A stretch of DNA of 32,000 nt from Crocosphaera subtropica ATCC 51142. Lineage in GTDB: Bacteria > Cyanobacteriota > Cyanobacteriia > Cyanobacteriales > Microcystaceae. Position 1 is the stretch's first letter. Every line of letters starts with the position of its first letter. The DNA lies in assembly GCF_000017845.1 (NCBI RefSeq), contig NC_010546.1:1890001-1922000 (forward strand), given 5' to 3'. Below are positions 27,261 through 32,000 of this stretch, piece after piece. The notes under the pieces were generated by a model, which saw only the letters and a list, made by a program, of their open reading frames with translations, made no database searches and was not told where the DNA came from. A program made the translations under genes and the position numbers.

Positions 27261-27276
27261 TCTAGCGTACGCTAGA
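27261..27276. repeat. Island palindrome copy 3 (16/16)
   Basis: TCTAGCGTACGCTAGA, 9 nt after the stop of the 116-aa gene. It overlaps the stop codon of the convergent 75-aa gene. Confidence 0.9.
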
Positions 27277-27499
27277 GCCGTGACCAATAAACCCAATAAG
27301 GAACAACCGCTTTTATGGGTATTGGTTTAACAGGAATATTATGGTCGGGGGGTAATACTGGTTTCGGGAACGGCAAACCCTGTAATGACGAGGCTTCTGA
27401 CGATTTTCCGTTGACAAATTCGTGAACGGAGCCAGACCTTTTTCCAATCGCATCAGCCACTTGAGTTTGACTCATCACATAGGAACCATCGGGTAGCAT
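27272..27499 (-). CDS. Small Cro/XRE-like helix-turn-helix protein (regulator or excisionase candidate)
   Basis: MSQTQVADAIGKRSGSVHEFVNGKS fits a helix-turn-helix of the XRE/Cro type. The C-terminal half is Pro-rich. It lies downstream of int on the same strand. The start is either 27499 or the internal Met at 27475. Confidence 0.45.
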   Translation of the reverse strand: MLPDGSYVMSQTQVADAIGKRSGSVHEFVNGKSSEASSLQGLPFPKPVLPPDHNIPVKPIPIKAVVPYWVYWSRL

Positions 27500-27646
27500 A
27501 AAAACTTCAAAGGGACATACCCAGGTATATGAGGTATGTTAGGACAGGTAGTGTACCAAGTACATTGTTTGTTGAGTTTACGATAAGGTAGTTTTGGCAT
27601 AGAGATACGACTCGGATATCTAAGGTCAAAGTAACTTTTTTGCTTG

Positions 27647-27675
27647 CACTGCAAAAAACACTGCTACTACACTGC
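27647..27675. repeat. Three phased CACTGC direct repeats between int and the HTH gene
   Basis: CACTGC occurs at 27647, 27659 and 27670 (spacing 12 and 11 nt). The repeats overlap an A/T hairpin, TTTTTTGC-N7-GCAAAAAA (27636-27658). Confidence 0.3.
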
Positions 27676-27680
27676 AATGC

Positions 27681-28835
27681 CTAGACAGGTTTAATAGTAC
27701 CCGTATCTCCCAGGTAATGTTTCTCTATCACCCTTACTGAGTTATCACACCACTTAGCTACTATGGCAGGGGGTATGCCCTGCTCTATCTGTTTAGTAAT
27801 AAAGGTGTCCCTGAGATTGTAGGGAGTGTAATCAGTAGTTGTCTTACTCCAATACCTACGTTTAAAATTAATATAATCTATAGGTTTACCTTCACGACTT
27901 AGGAATACTAAGTTCCAATGGTTATCTATGGGTAGTAGTTTGTTTAGTAGTTCCCTTAGCTTACCAGTCATGGGGAACTTTCTTATAGTTCCGTTCTTAC
28001 TGGTAGCTATAGTCACCCATTGCCCTTTAATCCTTTCAATACTAGAACCTAAAAGTATGTATTCATCGTGAATAGCATCCCATGTTAATCCTATAGCCTC
28101 CGAAGGTCTGCATCCTGTTAAAACCATAAATTCTACTAGATGCCCAAAAGGAGGGTGTGTTAGGTATAGGGCATCTAGTATAGCTTGTAGCTCTATATCG
28201 GGTATAGGTTTAATAGTAGTATGCGGATTCACTGTTGGTTTTTTCTTTTTTAATGCCTTAGTGATAGGGGCATAAGGGTTAGGTTCATTAGGGTATTCTT
28301 TAAATATGTACTTATAGATAGTGGACAATCTATTGATAACCCTTATAGTAACATCTAGTGTTGTTCCTCTTTTTATTATTTCGTAAACACTCTTAGCATT
28401 AGATATGGGTTGACTGCCTACCCTTTTAATATGTGGTTGTACTGTTGTCTCAAGATATTTGGTAGTAGTAGGCTTAACAAGGTCTTTAATATCCTTAAGA
28501 TATGACTCCCAAGCATCCCATACGGACACAAACCTTAGTTGATGCAACGCTTTTGTTTTTACCCTATTTTCTTTATCTAGGTGGGGTAGGTACTTAAGCA
28601 TAGTCGAGTCGTACCTATCAAAAAGATAATCACTTTCTATCTTGCTGATAATATCTCTTGCCCTAGCTCTACCATCTTCAGTATTAGGCAAGTTGAGTGA
28701 GTAATAACGTCTAGGGTTAGATTCAATTGTACTAGGTGTTTTTACATAGAGTCTATTCTTTAATTTATATAGTACAAAAGAACCTTTTTTTATGGGTCTA
28801 GAGTCTATTCTTTTGAACCTTTTGGTGACTACCAC
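27681..28835 (-). CDS. Tyrosine recombinase / phage-type integrase
   Basis: Catalytic-domain motifs: LTGCRPSEAIGLTW (Arg I), TSKNGTIRKFPM (Lys), YNLRDTF (Arg II) and VIEKHYLG (Tyr nucleophile). GTG start at 28835. It lies 56 nt from attR. Confidence 0.85.
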   Translation of the reverse strand: MVVTKRFKRIDSRPIKKGSFVLYKLKNRLYVKTPSTIESNPRRYYSLNLPNTEDGRARARDIISKIESDYLFDRYDSTMLKYLPHLDKENRVKTKALHQLRFVSVWDAWESYLKDIKDLVKPTTTKYLETTVQPHIKRVGSQPISNAKSVYEIIKRGTTLDVTIRVINRLSTIYKYIFKEYPNEPNPYAPITKALKKKKPTVNPHTTIKPIPDIELQAILDALYLTHPPFGHLVEFMVLTGCRPSEAIGLTWDAIHDEYILLGSSIERIKGQWVTIATSKNGTIRKFPMTGKLRELLNKLLPIDNHWNLVFLSREGKPIDYINFKRRYWSKTTTDYTPYNLRDTFITKQIEQGIPPAIVAKWCDNSVRVIEKHYLGDTGTIKPV

Positions 28836-28891
28836 TACCTTGAACCCCTATAATGTATGTGTACCGTCACATACACCCTTCTGTGAATCTG

Positions 28892-28937
28892 TGCCTTACA
28901 AGCAGGCTGTCACTGGTTCAAATCCAGTATCGCCCAT
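28892..28937 (+). repeat. attR core (duplicated 3' portion of tRNA-Val)
   Basis: Identical to 22612-22657. The sequence upstream of 28892 diverges from the tRNA 5' half, so this copy is not a functional tRNA. Confidence 0.9.
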
Positions 28938-28999
28938 AAAAAAGCAAAAAAGTCGATTAATAGTTACTAGAAATAATGATTAAGTCAGGGTTTCTTTTA

Positions 29000-29046
29000 A
29001 TTAATACCTAAATGACTAATTTAAGGTATTAATCTAGGCTTTTTTC
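29000..29046 (+). terminator. Possible original tRNA-Val terminator, displaced by the insertion
   Basis: ATTAATACCT (29000-29009) pairs with AGGTATTAAT (29024-29033). A T6 run lies at 29040-29045, but it is 6 nt from the stem, which is atypical. Confidence 0.3.
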
Positions 29047-29069
29047 CATAGATGGCAATACAAAATCAT

Positions 29070-31523
29070 TTACTTAAAATAAGCTAACGTTACCCCAGAT
29101 CCTCCTTCTTTTTGAGAAGCTAACTCAAACCTGTGAATCTGAGGATGACCTTTCAAAAACTCATGAACCCCTTGACGCAACTTGCCAGTTCCTTTACCGT
29201 GAATGATCCATAATACCCCTGACTCGGTAGCTTGGGCGATCGCATTTTCTAAATCAGCTTCTGCTTCTGCTACTCGACTTCCCCGAATATCAATGGTGTT
29301 TCGAGAGGTGCGAATAGCTGGAACATCTTTGGGTTTAGAGGGTTGCGGTGGCGGTGTAATCGGTTGTTTTTTCTCTTTTACCTTAGTTTCTACCTTTTGG
29401 CCGTCTAAGGACTCAATATCCTTAAAAGAAACGGTCATTTTCATCAGTCCAAACCGAACCATTACCTCTTCATCTTCGGGAGAAACCGCCAACACTTCGG
29501 CAGTTTGTCCTAAGTTAGAGAGGCGAATTTTCTCTCCAACTTGAGGTTGATAACTAACCTTGGGTTTCGCTTTTTTGGGTAGCTGACGTTGACTAATATT
29601 AGTAATTGCTTCTGTTGCTTGTTGCGCTTTTTGACTGCTTTTTTTGCCTTTTTGTAAACTACGAATGACTTGGGCGATCTCTTCTTTCGCTTCGGCGATC
29701 GCTTTTTGGACTTCTTGTTCTTGATACCGTTTTAAGTCTTGTTCCCTTTGTTGCAAAGCAGTAGCTTTTTCTGAGACTTCAGTATAAAACTTCTCCGTTT
29801 CTTGCAACAATTTTTGAGCTTCTTGGGCTTTTTCTTCCTGTTCTCTACGTTGTGCTTCTAACCCGGCAATCACATCATTAACGTCCTGAGATAGTCCCCC
29901 AATGCGAGTTTTAGCCTCATCAATAATATCTACATCTAACCCCAAACGCTGAGCAATACTCAGGGCATTAGACCGCCCCGGAATGCCCCACAACAGCCGA
30001 TAAGTAGGGGAAAGGGTGCGATCATCGAATTCTACCGAAGCGTTCTCAAAACGCGAATCTTCGTATTTCAGGGCTTTTAATTCTCCGTAGTGGGTAGTCG
30101 CAATGGTTAACTGTGCGTGATCGGCTAAATGGTGCAATAAGGCGATGGCCAAGGCACTTCCTTCGGCCGGATCGGTTCCTGCGCCCACTTCGTCGAGGAG
30201 TATTAGGGATGGGTGTGGGGTGTGGGGTGTTTCAGATAAAACTGTTTTCTGTTCCCCTCCCCCATTAGTAAGGGGAGGATCACCTGTTCCCTCCAACGCT
30301 TCTAAAATACGAACAATGCGACGAATATGACCGGAAAAGGTGGATAAATTTTGTTCGATGGACTGTTCGTCGCCAATATCAGCTAAAATTTGCTCAAACC
30401 AAGGGAGTTCTACGGGTTCTTTGGCCGGCACAAATAAGCCAACTTTGGCCATCAACGCAGCTAACCCCACGGTTTTGAGGGTAACGGTTTTTCCGCCAGT
30501 GTTAGGGCCTGTGATAGCAATTACCCGAATATCTGGATTAATCTGTACATTGATAGGAACTACAGGTGATCCTTGTTCGTGTCTTTCTTGCCAAACTAAT
30601 AAGGGATGGTGTAACTGTCTGAGGGTGATAGTTTCTGTGTCTTCTATAAATCTGGGGGCGTTTCCGCCTAACCAAAAGCTATAGCGGGCCCTAGCGGTAG
30701 CTAAGTCAAGAACAGTGGCGATGGCGAGTAAATACTCTAAATCTTCGGCTACCTCGGCTACTTGTTCGGTCAAGCTGCGTAAAATGGCTTCTTCTTCTCT
30801 TTCTTCTTGTCGCAAGTATTGACGGCGTTTATTGCCCATCTGTACAACGGAGTTGGGTTCGATGTAAAAGGTTCCCCCTGTGCCGGATGTATCGTGAATA
30901 ATTCCTGGAATTTGCTCTTTTTGCCCTGCTTTGACGGGAAGGACAAAGCGATCGCCCCGTTGAGTAATCACGGTTTCTTGGATCGCTCCTCCTTTTTGCT
31001 GCATAATATTTTGCAGTTTCTCATAGATGCGATCCCGAATCTCCTTCAGATTATGACGGATTTCTCCTAGTTTGGGACTGGCGCGATCGGCGACTTTTCC
31101 AGCTTCATCGATGCAGTGATGAATAGCTTTTTCCAGTTCGGGATAGGTCCGAATATCAGCTACTAAGTCGGTTAAAACGGGTAAGTCTTCACAATCATCA
31201 ATAATTCTCCTTAATCGTCGCATTCCTGCCAAAGTTGTGGCAATGTTTAGCAGTTCCTGTCCTGAGAGGTTACCCTTTAAGGTTGCTCTTGTGAGGGAAT
31301 CTCCCACATCGGTTATTCCTTCAAAAGTCCATTTTATTTCTAAATTCTGCTCTAAACCGTAAATTTCTTGAGTTTGGGCTAAAAGTTCTTTACTTTCTTG
31401 CAAACTGGTCGGAATCGGTAAGTTACGGGCTGCTGTTGCACCCATTTTTGTGGCTGCAAAGGTGGCTAACTGCTGGCAAAGGCGATGCCATTCTAATAAG
31501 TTTAAAGTTTCTTTGTAAATCAC
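29070..31523 (-). CDS. mutS2: Endonuclease MutS2 (MutS domain plus C-terminal Smr domain)
   Basis: Walker A GPNTGGKTVTLKT, Walker B LILLDEVGAGTDPAEG, a coiled-coil linker, and a C-terminal Smr domain IDIRGSRVAEAEADLE...LWIIHGKGTGKLRQGVHEFL. GTG start. Confidence 0.95.
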   Translation of the reverse strand: MIYKETLNLLEWHRLCQQLATFAATKMGATAARNLPIPTSLQESKELLAQTQEIYGLEQNLEIKWTFEGITDVGDSLTRATLKGNLSGQELLNIATTLAGMRRLRRIIDDCEDLPVLTDLVADIRTYPELEKAIHHCIDEAGKVADRASPKLGEIRHNLKEIRDRIYEKLQNIMQQKGGAIQETVITQRGDRFVLPVKAGQKEQIPGIIHDTSGTGGTFYIEPNSVVQMGNKRRQYLRQEEREEEAILRSLTEQVAEVAEDLEYLLAIATVLDLATARARYSFWLGGNAPRFIEDTETITLRQLHHPLLVWQERHEQGSPVVPINVQINPDIRVIAITGPNTGGKTVTLKTVGLAALMAKVGLFVPAKEPVELPWFEQILADIGDEQSIEQNLSTFSGHIRRIVRILEALEGTGDPPLTNGGGEQKTVLSETPHTPHPSLILLDEVGAGTDPAEGSALAIALLHHLADHAQLTIATTHYGELKALKYEDSRFENASVEFDDRTLSPTYRLLWGIPGRSNALSIAQRLGLDVDIIDEAKTRIGGLSQDVNDVIAGLEAQRREQEEKAQEAQKLLQETEKFYTEVSEKATALQQREQDLKRYQEQEVQKAIAEAKEEIAQVIRSLQKGKKSSQKAQQATEAITNISQRQLPKKAKPKVSYQPQVGEKIRLSNLGQTAEVLAVSPEDEEVMVRFGLMKMTVSFKDIESLDGQKVETKVKEKKQPITPPPQPSKPKDVPAIRTSRNTIDIRGSRVAEAEADLENAIAQATESGVLWIIHGKGTGKLRQGVHEFLKGHPQIHRFELASQKEGGSGVTLAYFK

Positions 31524-31631
31524 GTTCTATTAAACTAAAAAACCCATAAATTTTATGAGCTAATTTTGTTTATTATGGTAATTGAATTCATAGATATTCG
31601 TCAACTCATTGCTTAATAATATATATAGAGG

Positions 31632-31658
31632 GATAATACCCATCCATAGGGTATTATC
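31632..31658 (-). terminator. Hairpin downstream of the coiled-coil gene (candidate terminator)
   Basis: GATAATACCC (31632-31641) / 7-nt loop / GGGTATTATC (31649-31658) form a perfect 10-bp stem. It lies 36 nt after the stop at 31695. On the minus strand it is followed by a U/A-rich tract, CUCUAUAUAUAUUAUU. Confidence 0.35.
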
Positions 31659-31694
31659 TCCAATGCTAGGGATTAAAATCTAGCTGATATATGT

Positions 31695-32000
31695 CTATTG
31701 AAACTTTTTACTAGCATTTTCAAAGGAGGTTTGTAGGTCTTGCCAAGCTAACTCAAATCCAGTTTGAATGTCTTTCCAAGCATCCTCCCCTGCTTGTTGC
31801 AGTTCCTTTAATTTATCAAAGGCCTCATCTCTTTTTGTGGTTAATTCTTCAATTTGATTCTGATATTGAATTTCTGTATCAGCTTTTGCTTGTCTAGCTT
31901 TGGCTTTCAGTTCATCAATTTGAGCGTTTAACTTATCTAATTCAGCTTTAACTCTTTCTTGATAAGCTTGTTTACTTAAGTTGGTAGGTGTTTGAGTAGT
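31695..32000 (-). CDS. Coiled-coil hypothetical protein, C-terminal fragment (the gene continues past the right edge)
   Basis: Reverse-strand frame open over 101 codons: ...TNLSKQAYQERVKAELDKLNAQIDELKAKARQAKADTEIQYQNQIEELTTKRDEAFDKLKELQQAGEDAWKDIQTGFELAWQDLQTSFENASKKFQ*. Heptad-rich. It is absent from the track because it is truncated. Confidence 0.6.
   Translation of the reverse strand, partial: TTQTPTNLSKQAYQERVKAELDKLNAQIDELKAKARQAKADTEIQYQNQIEELTTKRDEAFDKLKELQQAGEDAWKDIQTGFELAWQDLQTSFENASKKFQ

Larger units (their letters stand above)
22612..28937. mobile_element. 6.3-kb integrative element inserted in the 3' part of tRNA-Val (int, prim-pol/helicase, RHH, Cro-like HTH, two orphans)
   Basis: An exact 46-bp direct repeat (attL 22612-22657, attR 28892-28937) comprises the tRNA from the anticodon stem to the 3' end. 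A tyrosine integrase lies next to attR. There is only one HIP1 site inside, against about one per 1.4 kb outside. Confidence 0.85.

Noticed and set aside
22612-28937. Interpreting the island as a prophage or an ICE
   Set aside because: It is only 6.3 kb. It has no terminase, portal, capsid, tail or lysis genes, and no relaxase, coupling protein or T4SS. Only integration, replication and regulation functions are visible.
28792-28983. 63-aa plus-strand ORF spanning the int start and attR
   Set aside because: Its C-terminal half is the translation of the duplicated tRNA 3' segment (…YKQAVTGSNPVSP…). It is an artefact.
29203-31070. Four plus-strand ORFs (113, 61, 114 and 87 aa) inside mutS2
   Set aside because: All are antisense to a full-length, motif-complete MutS2 CDS.

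Overview
This is a cyanobacterial chromosomal segment. Evidence: the HIP1 octamer GCGATCGC occurs about once per 1.4 kb, and there is a cyanoexosortase pair, a group-2 sigma factor and heptamer STRR-type tandem repeats. It is AT-rich and feels like a unicellular Cyanothece/Crocosphaera-type genome, but I cannot verify that here.

Most of the window is ordinary core genome: menD (partial), a PlsC-type acyltransferase, cyanoexosortase plus its partner protein, miaA, a dihaem cytochrome c, a sigma-70 factor, a GPH/MFS transporter, a JAMM metalloprotease, a sensor kinase plus c-di-GMP response regulator, an Slt-type lytic transglycosylase, tRNA-Val, mutS2 and a partial coiled-coil gene.

Three things deserve attention.

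(1) A 6.3-kb integrative element sits in tRNA-Val(UAC). It is bounded by an exact 46-bp direct repeat at 22612-22657 and 28892-28937. It carries a tyrosine integrase, a 1021-aa AEP prim-pol/helicase fusion, a ribbon-helix-helix protein, a Cro-like HTH protein and two orphan genes. It also holds four copies of an island-specific 16-bp palindrome, TCTAGCGTACGCTAGA. It has no capsid, relaxase or conjugation genes. I read it as a minimal self-replicating integrative element, either a pRN-plasmid-like replicon or a minimalist phage satellite. This is the best candidate for an uncharacterised system.

(2) The 1112-aa sensor kinase has an N-terminal membrane domain that matches the plant ETR1 ethylene-binding domain, with the Cu-ligand Cys and His retained. 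It is followed by six PAS domains and a HisKA_2 kinase core. A REC-PAS-GGDEF-EAL regulator lies immediately downstream.

(3) An orphan chromosomal CyRepA-type Toprim/helicase plasmid replication gene lies behind a 560-bp AT-rich non-coding region.

No CRISPR array, rRNA or transposase was seen. All homology statements come from motif recognition by eye, not from searches.
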